Assembly (NCBI GenBank): GCA_964016885.1
Contig: OZ024744.1
Location: forward strand, 85,932,001-85,996,000
Direction: 5' to 3'
From: Eledone cirrhosa
Taxonomy: Eukaryota
Length of the DNA: 64,000 nt
Part shown: positions 45,268-59,348 of the stretch, one piece after another
Numbering within the stretch: the stretch's first letter is position 1
How the letters are laid out: every line of letters starts with the position of its first letter
Position numbers and translations under genes: made by a program
Notes under the pieces: model-generated
Seen by the model: only the letters and a program-made list of their open reading frames with translations
What the model was told of the DNA's origin: nothing
Databases searched by the model: none

Positions 45268-45629
45268 AAATTGTGTAATAGATATATACCAACAGAATGA
45301 CGGTAAACTTTAAGGAAACAAGCAAAGAAAAAACAGAGAGGAAAAAGTTTGTGTTTATGTTTTTTATCCAGAGACGGACGATGTAGCATGCTGCCACATT
45401 GCTCGCCCACCTTCGTTTTTTAATTTGTTTTGCAAGCTTTCTTTTCTGAAAACATGTGTTGAAACATATATTGTTATATTTTGGGAGGGTCATATTGCCA
45501 CTATAAATATACACACCTGCTGGTTTTCACTTCAATTTATTATAAATAATATTGTCAAATCTCTTTCGTCACATTCTGTTATCATCATGGTGTAGGACAG
45601 AATAAAGGAGAACACAAAATAAAAACTCA

Positions 45630-45672
45630 GTCACTGAGGAGGTCACAGAATGTGCGACGAAAGAGCTTTGAC
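45630..45672 (+). ncRNA. Type-I HHR in the mini-element 45468-50800 (interrupted by the Helitron block)
   Basis: gtca-CTGAGGA-ggtcacagaatgtgcgac-GAAAGAGCTT^-tgac. Confidence 0.75.
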
Positions 45673-45720
45673 AATATATAAACAACCATCCGGTTATCGT
45701 ACCAACCAACCAACTGCAAA

Positions 45721-48267
45721 TCTAATATATATTTGTGAAATGGGCGGTGTTTGAAATTCAGATGTGCACGGTTAAATGGTAGTAGACATGGTCGAACGGA
45801 CATGAAAATTTACACACCTATGTAAAAAGTGGCAAGGAAGCAAATAGATGAGGGTTCAAATCTCTAACTTGAAAAATATGGTCCCTGGGGCCCCAAAACT
45901 ATCGCGTTCGGTGAGTTATTTCCCCCTGTTCTAATACTTTTGTCTTATTTACAATTTCATACAAATTTTTAAACTCATCAATTTTTTCATAACATATCAA
46001 ATATCAACGTTCTTTCGCTGTTAACATACAGTACCAATAATTTGAAAAATCTTATTGAAAGTTTATAATAAAGAAGCAGTATCAGGAAAAAAAAAAAAAT
46101 ATGCACTTGGGACTGGACGGCGTACAATGAGAGGTGGAGCGGTGTGAAAAAGCGTTGTTTATTAACAGCGAAATAGCAATGTCGATGATATGCAAGTTTG
46201 AAAATGCAGATTAATAAACTGTTGCCTTCTACAGTACGTTTCATTTTCATTTTTCAAGAGTTTTCGTTTTTAGAGTTGCTGTATATTAAATTTAAATACT
46301 TCTATAACGATCATACAGTACTGTAAATAAAACCCTTACATTGCGAACCCCATGTTCTAATACTGGGATTAGTTATATCCCCCTCTTCTAATAAACGGCT
46401 AATTGAGTTATTTCCCCCTGTTCTACTACTTTCAATATTCATTGTCTTCATTACAATTTCATACAAACTTTTAAACTCATCAATTTATTTCGCTGCGTTC
46501 TTTCGCAACGTTCTTTCGCTGTTAACATACAGTACCATTTTACGAATGCCAATCCGAAAACGGTCACTGTTTTCCATCAAAAGATATAAAACCCTTAAAA
46601 TGCGAAGAAGGGAGTCATGTTCTCAGGTACGTTTTTTCAGATATCATTTTCATTTTATTTCTAATACATGTTAACCACCACTAACAGTAAGTAGTATTTT
46701 TCGATTCATTGTCTTATTTAAAATAACATATCAAAGACAACGTTATTTCGCTGTTAATAAACGTTTGGCTACTACAGTACGTTTCATTTTCATTTTTCAA
46801 ATACAATTGCTCTATATTAAATTTAAATAATTCTATAACGATCATACAGTACTGTTTTATGAAATCGATTCTGCAGTAGAATTTTACGAAATGCCAAAAC
46901 GAAAAAGGTAACTGTTTTCTAACAAAAGAAATAAAACCCTTACATTGCGAACCCCCTGTTCTAATACTTGGGTTAGTTATATCCCCCTCTTCTAATAAAT
47001 ATCTAATATATAGAGGCCCCTCTTGCTGACCAGGGCAATCAAAGTGTAAACTATCATACAGTACCGTTTTATGAAATCAATTCTGCAGTACCATTTTACG
47101 AAATGCCAAACCAAAAACAGTCACTGTTTTCCATCAAAAGAAATAAAACCCTTAAAATGCGAAGAAGGGAGTCATGTTCTCAAGTACGTTTTTTCAGATA
47201 TCATTTTCATTTTATTTCTAATACATGTTAACCACCACTAACAGTAAGTAGTATTTTTCAATTCATTGTCTTATTTAAAATAACATATCAAAGACAACGT
47301 TATTTCGCTGTTAATAAACCTTTGGCTACTACAAACTTCCATGGTTACGGAGAAAATCGATGAAACAGGAATTTCACATTCAAATTGAACTGAGAGTAAT
47401 CTGTGAACGCAGAAGTAAATATTTTGAGAAACGTTGCAACCGAACGAAAACATGAAGACGATATTTTGGTTCGTGAAGACGTTCCCTGGCAATGAAAGGA
47501 AAAAAAGCGAGGATAATACATCGTTATGTGGAGCGTAAAGAACAATTTCATGCAAAGACAAGACCAAGTTTATGATATAAATGGAGTCGTTAGACTAATA
47601 TTCTATTTAAAATAACAGAATGATTTCCAGCCCCGGAGTTTAAGAATGATGTAAATAAAATTGAAAACGAAAATGACAGAGGTTATTAAAATAGTAAAAG
47701 TAAGTAGTGAAAATTTAGGCCAGTGCATACGTATGCCCCGACGGACATACACATACATACACACACACAAATACACACACACACAAACACACACACACAA
47801 ACACGCGCGCGCGCGTGAACGCACGCGCGTATGTATAAACCTTAAGCATTTCTACAGTATTTTCACCAAACTTAAGACATAGGTTACTTATGTACTCCGG
47901 ATGGTCATGGGCACTGTCATTTTTCCAGATATTGATTATAGGGCCTCCTGGCAAATAACCCCCTTTAACCACTTCCTTGGAGTCAACTGAAGAACTGCAG
48001 TGTAATGCAACAAAACGTCATAACTTCTGGAGTTCGCAACCGATTTTCACAAAACTTGACACATGGTCTACGTTTGTCCTACAGATGAATGTGAACTCTC
48101 AGAATTGGCACATATTGGGTAGGGGATCCCTGGGGGCAGGAACCCCCTTTTGGAAAAAGCGGATGATTTTGTAAAAGTATAGTTTTCGAAGCAGCACTGA
48201 TGTATTGACATAAATGGTATACACAACTGCTATTTAATATCCGAGCAACGCCGGGTACCTCTGCTAG
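45721..48267 (+). mobile_element. Non-coding composite Helitron unit
   Basis: 5' TC follows an A at 45720. The 5' part is near-identical to 48268 onward. The unit ends ccgagcaacgccgggtacctctgCTAG (hairpin + CTAG). Confidence 0.7.
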
Positions 48268-50728
48268 TCTAACATATATTTGTGAAATGGGTGGTGGTTG
48301 AAATTCAGTTGTGCACGGTTAAATGGTAGTAGACATGGTCGGACGGACATGAAAATTTACACACCTATATAAAAAGTGGCAAGGAAGCAAATAGATGAGG
48401 TTTCAAATCTCTAACTTGAAAAATGTGGTCCCTGGGGCCCCAAAACGGTCTATTTACTGTAGCTTTCGGTGAGTTATTTCCCCCTGTTCTAATACTTGGA
48501 TGAGTTATTTTCCGTAGTCGCTTTCCATATTCATTGTCTTATTTACAATTTCATACAAATTTTTAAACTCATCAATTTTTTCATAACATATCAAACACAA
48601 CGTTCTTTCGCTGTTAACTACAGTACCGTTTTATGAAATCGATTCTGCAGTACCATTTTACGAAATGCCAAACCGAAAACGGTCACTGTTTTCCATCAAA
48701 AGAAATAAAACCCTTAAATTGCGAAAAAGGGAGGCATGTTCTCAGGTACGTTTTTTCCGATATCATTTTTATTTTAATTCTAATACAAGTTAACCACCAC
48801 TAACAGTAAGTAGTGTTTTTCAAAGTCAAATGAAAAGTTTGAAGAATACATGCATATAAACTTAATGAATGGGATATATAAGCCTTTGGGTTGCCGAGTT
48901 CATTCATTCAGTCTTTTAAAAAATATTCATTGTAAACTTAATGAATGGGATCTATAAGCCGTTTGGTTGCCGAGTTAATTAATTCATTTTTTTAAAAATA
49001 TTCATTGTAAACTTAATGAATGGGATCTACAAGCCGTTTGGTTGCCGAATTAATTAAGTCAGTTTTTTTTAATATTCATTGTAAACTTAATGAACGGGAT
49101 CTATAAGCCCTTTGGTTGCCGAGTTAATTAATTCAGTTTTTTTAAATATTCATTGTCTTATTTAAAATAACATATCAAAGATAACGTTATTTCGCTATTA
49201 ATAAACTGTTGCCTTCTACAGTACGTTTCATTTTCATTTGTTATTACAGTTGCTCTATATTAAATTTAAATACTTCTATAACGATCATACAGTACCGTTT
49301 TATGAAATCGATTCTGCAGTAGAATTTTACGAAATGCCTAACCGAAAAAGGTCACTGTTTTCTAACAAAAGAAATAAAACTCTTAAATTGCGAACGCCCT
49401 GTTCTAATACTGGGGTTAGTTATTTCCCACTCTTCTAATAAACGTCTAATATATAGAGGCCCCTATTGCTGACCAGGGCAATCAAAGTGTAAACTATGAT
49501 ACAAACCTTCATAATCTGCATTTTTAAACTTGCATATCATCGACATTGCTATTTCGCTGTTAATAAACTATCACCTTCTACATTTACACACGTAATGGGT
49601 GGAGCGTCAGTACTGATGGGTGGTGATTTTCGGCAGACTCTTCCTGTAATCACTAGAGTCACTAGAGCTGACGAAGTTAACGCATGCATCATGTCTTCCT
49701 ACCTATGGCAGTATGTCCAGAAACTAAACCTGACTACTAACATGAGAGTGCATGGAGACGCAGAATCTGAGGATTTCTCAAATCAGCTACTGGAAGTTGG
49801 TAATGGAACTACACCTGGAATCGATGAACAGCACATCCGTCTGCCGTTTGGAAACTTTGTATCAAGCATAGAGGAATTAATGTCATCTGTTTTCCCAGAC
49901 CTCGAAGCACGATTCCTTGATCACAACTGGCTGCAAGGGAGAGCTATTTTAGCACCACATAATGCCACCGTTGACGCAATGAATCAACACCTGCTTGATC
50001 AGATTCCAGGAGGTGAAGTCTCCTTCAAGTCAATTGACACCAACAAAAACGCGGACGACGCCGTCAACTATCCGATTGAATTCCTCAACAGTCAACACCC
50101 TCCCGGACTTCCACCTTATGACCTTAAACTGAAGGTTAGTGTTCCAGTTATGCTGCTAAGAAACGTGGAACCACCAGAACTATGCAACGGGATGCGTCTG
50201 ATCATCAAAAAAATTGAGACAAAAATTCTGAGCGGACCGTCTGCTGGCGGGACAAAGTTATTATCCCCCATAAGCCTTAGTCACTCTGACGTCCCATTTG
50301 ATTTTACGAGACGGCAGTTTCCCGTAAAACTCTGCTTTGCAATGAGTATCAACAAGGCACAGGGACAGTCGCTGCAAGTAATTGGCCTAAATCTGACACA
50401 GCAGGTATTTACCTACGGTCAACTATACGTCGGGTGTTTACGCGTCAACAGTCCACAAAATCTCTACATTTGTGGTAATCCGGGTAATACCAGGCACGTT
50501 GTTTACAAAGAAGCACTGCAGCAACACCTTTGAAGCTTCCACCATTCCTCAACGTCTCTCAACGCTTTTCACGTCGCTTCACTTCTCATCGTACGCCGTC
50601 CATCCCCAAGTGCATATTTCTATTTTTTTCCCTGATACTGCTTCTTTATAATAAACTTTCAATAATATTTTTTCAAATTATTAACTTAATAAAAAGTGGC
50701 CCCGGGTACAACCGGGCTCAGCTGCTAG
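48268..50728 (+). mobile_element. Helitron, internally deleted
   Basis: Starts TC, ends cccggg..ccgggctcagctgCTAG followed by T. Contains 4x ~75-bp tandem at 48857-49155 and a helicase ORF. Confidence 0.85.
49590..50533 (+). pseudogene. PIF1-like SF1 helicase C-terminal half (Helitron RepHel)
   Basis: GGDFRQTLPV, LTTNMR, ILAPHN, LCNGMRL, RRQFPVKLCFAMSINKAQGQSL, GQLYVG. Walker A and the Rep domain are absent. Confidence 0.9.
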
Positions 50729-50798
50729 TTTATAATAAATTATAAATTGAAGAGAAAATCAATAGGTGCGAGTATTTTGGCAACATGACTCTCCCAAA

Positions 50799-51690
<892 letters not shown>

Positions 51691-51694
51691 ATTC

Positions 51695-51870
51695 CCGAGA
51701 TCCATGGACGAGTTCTCTCCACGGGCTCTGTCCTTCACCATTGCCACTATCTCCCGCGTCTCCCGGATAACAGTTTCTATCCTTAAGGCGTCAACGTATG
51801 CCATCCACGGTCTTCCTCTTTCAGTGTATCCGTCTAGCGACTCCCACATGACCACTATCATCGTTAGCAT
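51695..51870 (-). pseudogene. Degenerate LINE (RTE-like) 3' tip
   Basis: RGRPWMAYVDAL...AMVKDRAR resembles the GRP..TW/Y..DR..W end of RTE RTs. Confidence 0.45.
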
Positions 51871-51940
51871 TTCCAGCTAACATCGTTACCATCTGCGCGC
51901 GTGTGTGTGTGTGTGTGTGTGTACGTGTGTGTGTATGTGT

Positions 51941-51980
<40 letters not shown>

Positions 51981-52039
51981 GTGTGTGTACTGAATGTATG
52001 TGTGTGTGTGTGTGTATATGTGTGTGTGTATGTGTGTGT

Positions 52040-52272
52040 GCCTGTGTGTGTGTATCAGTTTATTTCGTCTTACAATATATTATGATGCTTACGTGTATAT
52101 GTGTGTATGTGTGTGTGTGTGTGTTTACGTGTGTGTATGTGTGTGTATGTGTGTTTGTGTGTGTGTGTGTGTTTACGTGTGTGTGTGTGTATATGTGTGC
52201 CTGTGTGTGTGTGTATCAGTTTATTTCTTCTTACAATATATTATGATGCTTACGTGTATGTGTGTGTGTATT

Positions 52273-52312
<40 letters not shown>

Positions 52313-52430
52313 TGTGTGTGTGTACGTGTATGTGTGTGTGTGCGTGTGTTTACGCGTGTGTATATGTATGTGTGTGTGCCTGTGTGCGTGTGTATCAGTT
52401 TATTTCTTCTTACAATATATTGTGATGCTT
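52040..52430. repeat. Three unique ~55-bp units embedded in (GT)n
   Basis: gtgcctgtgtg..tatcagtttatttcttcttacaatatattatgatgctt x3. Confidence 0.85.
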
Positions 52431-52564
52431 CAGCAAAGCGTGTTGATACTTCGCTAAGCATCGATGAAGGACGATGAGCATACTGGTTTCCACTGGACTC
52501 TTTTTTTCTGGCTCCGGAACAATTCATATACACACTCCGATAGCTGCTTATTGTGGTAGGCTGA

Positions 52565-52750
52565 ATAATTGTTTCTACTTTTGGCACAAGGCCAGCAATT
52601 ACCTCAGTACATTACTGGATACTTTCTTGTATCGACCCCGTAAGTATGAAATGGCAAAGTTAACCTCGCAGCGGGATTTGAACTCAGATCGTAAAAGGGC
52701 GTAAATATATGCTGTAAAGCATGACGTCCGACCCTCTACCGATACTGCCA
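52565..52750 (-). mobile_element. tRNA-SINE family A
   Basis: Reverse complement of the family-A consensus. Confidence 0.85.
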
Positions 52751-53165
52751 ACTTGGAGAGGAGAAGGGTACCGCCAAACATTTCTAAGACCCCACTGAAA
52801 TGCCATAATGGCTAAACAGTCAAATGTCTGTAGTGGCACCACAAAGACTGTCTGAACCATTTGCAGTAATTTGATTGACTGGATGATTGAACTAAGTAAC
52901 TGGAAAAAGTAAACAAACGAACAAACAAACAAAAATAAGATAGAGGATGGTTAAAATTGAGAGTATTTGTTTAACACCAAAGACATGTGAGATAAAGTGT
53001 TTTATTATATATTTAAAACCCTATATATACGAGCATCTGTGTCATCTACTGTCTCAACAATTAATTTATATACAATATTTAGGAGTTGGATTGAAAATAA
53101 GTTTACATGGGCACATTTAATAAACACGAATTTATTATCTTACGAATAAGCGCTCAGTATGTGTG

Positions 53166-53270
<105 letters not shown>

Positions 53271-53447
53271 GTGTGTGTGTTGGAGAGAATGTGTGGTGAA
53301 GGATTAACCGTGTTTAACGGTGAATAACAAATTGATATGATGTAGAAAAGGATGTAGAAAGTTCACAAAGGACAGTTGGCGTTGTTAAGGTTGTAAGGCC
53401 ATAAGAAAAATATTCACTCAACAAACATACAGGCTTACATACGTACG

Positions 53448-53551
<104 letters not shown>

Positions 53552-54112
53552 GATAATAGATAGATATATATAGTCAGCGTAAAGGGTGTTAAGTTTTTAT
53601 TTGTAGAAAAGTCGCATAGACAAAAAAATAACAGAACAACTATAAAAAAACTACCTACACACATACACACACAGACACCCATATACACACACACACACAC
53701 ACACACTCACACTCACACACGTACACACAAAAACAACAACCTAAACAATAATAAAAACATACCAAAAAAAAAGAAAAGACTCCCACCATCCCACAAAAAA
53801 AAAAAATATATAATAACAATAACACAAAACAAAAAACAACAATTATACAGCATGCGCGAGAAGATAAATATTTAGCTAACTGTAAAGAACAACTAGGTTC
53901 AATCTTGAGATTGTCGTCATACTGTCTGATGTCCGGAGCAAGAATGACCGCGCACTCTTGATGGTCAACAACAACAAAAATTATCTTTGTCCGTGCTTAT
54001 CAGTCTGGGAGACGAACTGACTGCCCTTTTATCTGTTGTGGAGACAAGGAATGTAACATAAGTTTATATATTTATATATATATATATATATATCTATATA
54101 TCTATCTATCTA

Positions 54113-54161
<49 letters not shown>

Positions 54162-54333
54162 GTGCATATATATATATATATATCTGTGTGTGTGTGTATA
54201 TAAATGATATAGAATGGAAGTGTTTGAAGACTAATGCGAAGTAAAGATACGTTATGTGGTTAATAGATTTGCTAGAAACACCAGTTAGCTGAACACTGTT
54301 CCCTCTTTGGTTAACCAACATCTATCACACAAA

Positions 54334-54385
<52 letters not shown>

Positions 54386-54959
54386 ATTACATATATGAGT
54401 ACGGGGGAGTATGTATATATATATTTATAGTTAAACGGGGTTATAAGAAAAATATTCACTGAATCCTCGGCTAGTGGAGAGGCACGTGGCCTAATGTTAA
54501 GGGTGTTGGACTTACGATCATAATGTTGTAGGTTCGATTCTGGTGTTATATTCTGTGATGTGTTCTTGAGCAAAACACTTTATTTCACGTTGTCCCACTA
54601 TACTCAGCTGAAAATGAGTACCAGCAATATGTGGAGGTTTAACCCTGTGATCTGGTGTCTTATCCAGGGGGATGTCATTTACTCTCAGTCGCTTCATGTC
54701 ATGAAACCGGGATAAGTACCGGCCTAACGAGACTTTTGGCTTACAGACTTTGGACATCCTCGGTTGCCCCTATTATTTATTCAATGAGACAAGATTTGAA
54801 CGTATAATTGAGGAAAGCTGTGCACGGGGTCCTACGCTCCCACGATACTGCCAATCCACCACGCTTGTGTGTAAATATCATAAAGCATACTCAATCATTG
54901 ATACCTCATTGATACAAGGCTGGATGGAGTAGGAGGACGCTGTCTGACGTGCATAATTC

Positions 54960-57155
54960 CACGTGTGAGCCGCCTTGTTGTCCCAGCGGATAGACTAGAC
55001 AAAGTGTTAACCCGGAGGATAGCGCAAGAGAGGCGTTGAAATAGCTATTCCATCCAGCGGATGTTGATATATGTTGCCTCCGAGATGAGGGACTTGCCAA
55101 TACGGAACTAGAGACCTTGATGCTTTCTGGCCCTCTACCATCCCTCAGTTTGAACTGACAGGTTCGAGGATGGGAAGGTGGCGGTATCCAAGTCATGCTT
55201 AATGACATCGTTGAGGGCAATATGATGTCGCAGGAAACCAACTTTCTGACGGTATGACAATGGGTGAAAGCTGTAAGTGCCAACTGTGGATACACAGTGG
55301 ACTTTGTCTTACTCGTAGATCGAAGAGGTCGAGCATTAGATAAACATCGATGCATGACGTATAGCAAGGCCCCACCGTGGGGTTTGGAAGCAGGGTGACC
55401 ACATTCCACACTGTGACAGACAAGCAGGAGCACACGTTTTTCCAAAGCCTTGTAGCACTTGGTGGCGTCATGTTTGAATTGGATGGAGTAGACGTCCACA
55501 GAGATGAGGTGGTATTAAACTTACGCAGTGTCCGAGGTGACTACGGATCGTACAAGCTGTCTTGCGTCCACTGGTTGCGGTAGGTTCTAAACCTTTTCTG
55601 AAGATTCTTGTTGACGATGCTCGATAGAGGGTCACCAACGAAAGAAATCCTGGCATACCAATGTGACTGGAAACCGGAGACCAACGCAACCATATCTGAA
55701 AAAATTGGTGCCACCGAAACCGGACATTGCATATCTTCTCAGCACCACGACTGTAGCTTTGGGGTGCTGTGGAAGGTATATAAAAACTTCAGTATGGCAA
55801 AATACTTCCCCAACAAAATGAGGACTGGAGGTGCATCAATCAGTTTCAGTCGATTGGATGGCAGGCGGTAGGGTCGATGAACCGAGGATAAGAACATCCT
55901 ACTTTTCGTGATCGAAACTACGTCATAATTAACGTTCACAACCTCTGAGGTCTGACCTCTGAAATAAATGAGTTGATCTTGAAGCAGATCCTTGCCATAG
56001 CTGGAACTATTGATTGGAGGTTGTGGCAGATAGTTTCCATGGGCCCGTCTATCGTTGTATTATCAAGGTACTACAGGTTGAATTGAGCTGTGAAGATATG
56101 AGTAAAGTTATCTAACCCAATGTCGAAGAGTAACGGGGACTAGTTGAACGCTAGTAAGAGAACAATGATATAACTTTATCTGCGGTGGGTAGCATGCTCA
56201 GAGATGCGTCCGATAAGTACGAGGTGTGTCAGAAAAGTTCCAGGACTGATGTCACAAAAGATTTATTTCAAACCTAAACTTCACACTAAGAGTTTTCTCC
56301 TTCACAGTAATACCCCTGGAGTCTAATGCACTTTTCCATCCCTTTCTGCCACGCTTGCATGCACTCCTGGAAGGATTCTTCCGGGCTTCTCCGCAGTCCA
56401 GTCGTCACGGCCTTTTTGATGTCATCCACGTCTTCAAAACGGGTCCCCTCCGGGTCGTACCCGAAGATCCATGACTCATCACCGGTGATGACTGTCCCTA
56501 GCATGTCTGGTACGGTTTCAAGACGTTCGAGGATGTCCTGGCACACTTGCATGCGTCGACCCTTCTGGTCATCGTTCAGCAGTTTTGGCACCATCTTCGC
56601 GCAGATTTTCCGCATGTCCAAATCTTCAGTGAGACTCTTCCAGACGCTGTTTAAATTCATGCCCAACTCATTTGCCATCAGTCGACGATCGCTACGCAAC
56701 ATCTGCCTGACGCGCTCAACGTCGACCTCAGTCCTGGTTGTTGAGGGCCTTCCGCTCCTGGAGTCATCTTCCACGTCCTCGCGTCCTTCTTTAAACCTCT
56801 TGCACCACTCAAAAACACGTGAGCGTGACATCGTCTCATCTCTGACGGAGTTTTCCCCAACCGTACCAGAAACTTCAAGTTTGTTTGTTGCTCTGTGCTC
56901 ATTGCTTGACGACCTGAAATAGAGGACATGTATATAAAATTATGAAGAAAAAAGTTTGATCGTTGCAGAGAGCTAAGATTACAGTTACATATTCCAGGGG
57001 GATTACTTTGAAGGAGAAAACTCTTAGTGTGAAGTTTGGGTTTGAAATAAATCTTTTGTGACATCAGTCCTGGAACTTTTCTGACACACCTCGTAGACCA
57101 GTAGCAAATGGTTAGGGCTCAGAGAGGAGAATTTATTTCTCATATGAAGCTTAAC
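54960..57155 (-). pseudogene. Degenerate CRE-clade non-LTR retrotransposon (RT + RLE), interrupted by mariner
   Basis: Across frames: KLHMRNKFSSL (KLD..NAFNS), PLLF..FNL*YLDNTTIDGP (WYLDD), RLKLIDA..FAILKFLY, HPLSYR..RHHIALNDVIK, LFQRLSCAILRVN. Confidence 0.7.
56220..57093 (-). mobile_element. Mariner-type transposon, internally deleted
   Basis: TA duplicated at 56218-19 and 57094-95. TIRs cgaggtgtgtcagaaaagttccaggactg extend ~105 bp. ORF 56286-56831 has EWCKRFKEGR, SGRPST, KMVPKLL and ITGDESW..YDPE. Confidence 0.92.
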
Positions 57156-57293
57156 GATGAAAGGCCTAGAATCTATCGACACCGATTTTGACGAAAGTCT
57201 GTCGTCTGTTACAGCAGCTGAAAATAAGCCATCATATTTTAAAATTCAAATTTACTCAACGATTCCTGAATCGATTTATTATTTATTTATATA

Positions 57294-57715
57294 GGGCGGT
57301 GAATTGGCAGTATCGATAGAGGGTCGGACGCCTTGCTTTGATGCAGAGAGTTACAGCCCTTGCCATTCTGAGTTCAAATCCCGCCGAGGTTAACTTTGCC
57401 TTTCATCCTTAAGGGGTCGATAAAATAAAGTACCAGTAATGTACTGGTGTTATTGCTGGCCTTGTGCCAATAGTAGAAACAATTATTTATTTATATAGGG
57501 TGATGGATTGACAGTATCGGTAGAGGGTCGGACGCCATGTTTTGCAGCATAGTTACGTCCCTTTACGGTCTGAGTTCAAATCCCACCGAGGTTAACTTTG
57601 CTTTTCATCCTTACGGGGTCGATAAAATAAAGTATCAGTAATGCACTGGGGTCGATTTAATCGACTTTCCCCTCCCCACAAAATTGCTGGCCTTGTGCCT
57701 ATATAAGAATCCATT
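57294..57715 (+). mobile_element. Two tandem family-A SINEs (second with a longer tail)
   Basis: tatttatttatataggg is repeated before each copy. Confidence 0.88.
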
Positions 57716-57828
57716 ATTTCTCCCAATATTTATCCCAAATTCCCTTATTGCCATTTGTGATTTAGTTTAAAATTTACTGCGTTGAGATCTATACTCACCA
57801 CATCTACAAGTCATTTTCTTTAAAAACA

Positions 57829-57880
57829 TTCTTCTTCTTCTTCTTCTTCTTCTTCTTCTTCTTCTTCTTCTTCTTCTTCT
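57829..57880. repeat. (TTC)n
   Basis: Direct reading. Confidence 0.95.
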
Positions 57881-58287
57881 CCCCTTCCTCCTCATCCCCA
57901 CTCCCCACCCCCCGCGAGTTATCGCTGTCGACGCCAGGGTGGACTTGAATCTTGAACGCCGTATGGTGTGTGTGTGTGTGTGTGTGTGTGGATGGTGTGG
58001 GAGTGTGTGTTCTGAGCCTCACACGCATAACTACATTCGTTCTTATTTCTCTACTAATTACACATGTTTGTCAACCATGATTAGATAAATAGTGTTTGAT
58101 TTCTTTACAGCCTCCCAACATAGCCGCACCAACAAAATATAACAACCTGAAGTCCACTCACCCACTGATGTTAAGAAGAAAGTATCAATAAATTCCTATC
58201 GCTATAAACAAACATATTTTTAATCATCATCTCTCTATCCCACTATAAGTATGTATGTACATATTTACACACACATTCACACTCATT

Positions 58288-58397
<110 letters not shown>

Positions 58398-58510
58398 TAT
58401 ACATATATATGTATATATATATATAGTGGTAAAAAAACGGGAGGTTATGTATCAAAACTTGGTAGAGTACCAAGGACGAATTCAGTATAGAGTCCGGTAT
58501 ATATATATAA

Positions 58511-58614
<104 letters not shown>

Positions 58615-58827
58615 CAGAATAAATATGGTTTTATAAAGATAGTTTCCATTTATTAATATTAATGATATTATACTCCAGAAGATTGCTGTCGACTGCTTCT
58701 AATCTGTTATAAATTAAGTTTGTTGAATAATCAAGAAATTAAATAACTCATTGTTTATATATATATAGTACGGTGAAATAGTCATCTTAGTGCTAAATCA
58801 AGTACTCTATGCACAGGCAAAGTGTAA

Positions 58828-59120
58828 ATAATAGAAAAAGCGAGGAAGTTTTGTTTACATATAAACAATATTAAAAAGAAATATTTATTGTGTATCGACC
58901 TGTTACGCGCGTTTCGCAGAGTATTAGCTCAACGTGACCCACAGGAGTTATGGACCCGACTCCAGTATCGATCTACTTCGACATCGAAACTGGAGTCAGG
59001 TCCATAACTCCCATGGGTCACCCTAGCCAATCCTCTGCGGAACGCACGTAACAGGGCGATACACAATAAATATTTCTTTTTAATATTTTTCATATGTAAA
59101 CGAAACTTCCTCATTTTTTC

Positions 59121-59126
<6 letters not shown>
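58828..59126. repeat. Diverged ~145-bp-arm palindrome of a PLE terminus
   Basis: Arms are reverse-complementary with many mismatches; HHR 3' half GAAACGCGCGTA on the minus strand. Confidence 0.8.
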
Positions 59127-59206
<80 letters not shown>

Positions 59207-59262
59207 GACGTAAAATAAGAAAATTTTAAAATTTAAAAATCAACTTACTTACTAAAATTTTC

Positions 59263-59348
59263 ACTCCAACTAATTAGTTTCTGTAATGGGATAAATATAG
59301 TTACATAATATATATAACTATAGAGAATTCATTACGTCATCAGGGAGT
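59263..59348 (-). ncRNA. Type-I HHR with long stem II (identical copy at 59803-59888)
   Basis: actcc-CTGATGA-cgtaatg...cattaca-GAAAC-TAATTA-GTT^-ggagt; stem III is ACTAATTAGT. Confidence 0.8.

Noticed and set aside
48857-49155. CRISPR-like array (also 61035-61470 and 52040-52430)
   Set aside because: The intervening sequences are repeated rather than unique spacers, there are no cas genes, and the context is eukaryotic.
49496-50533. Host PIF1 gene
   Set aside because: It lacks the N-terminal motifs, is intronless, and is enclosed by Helitron TC...hairpin-CTAG ends.
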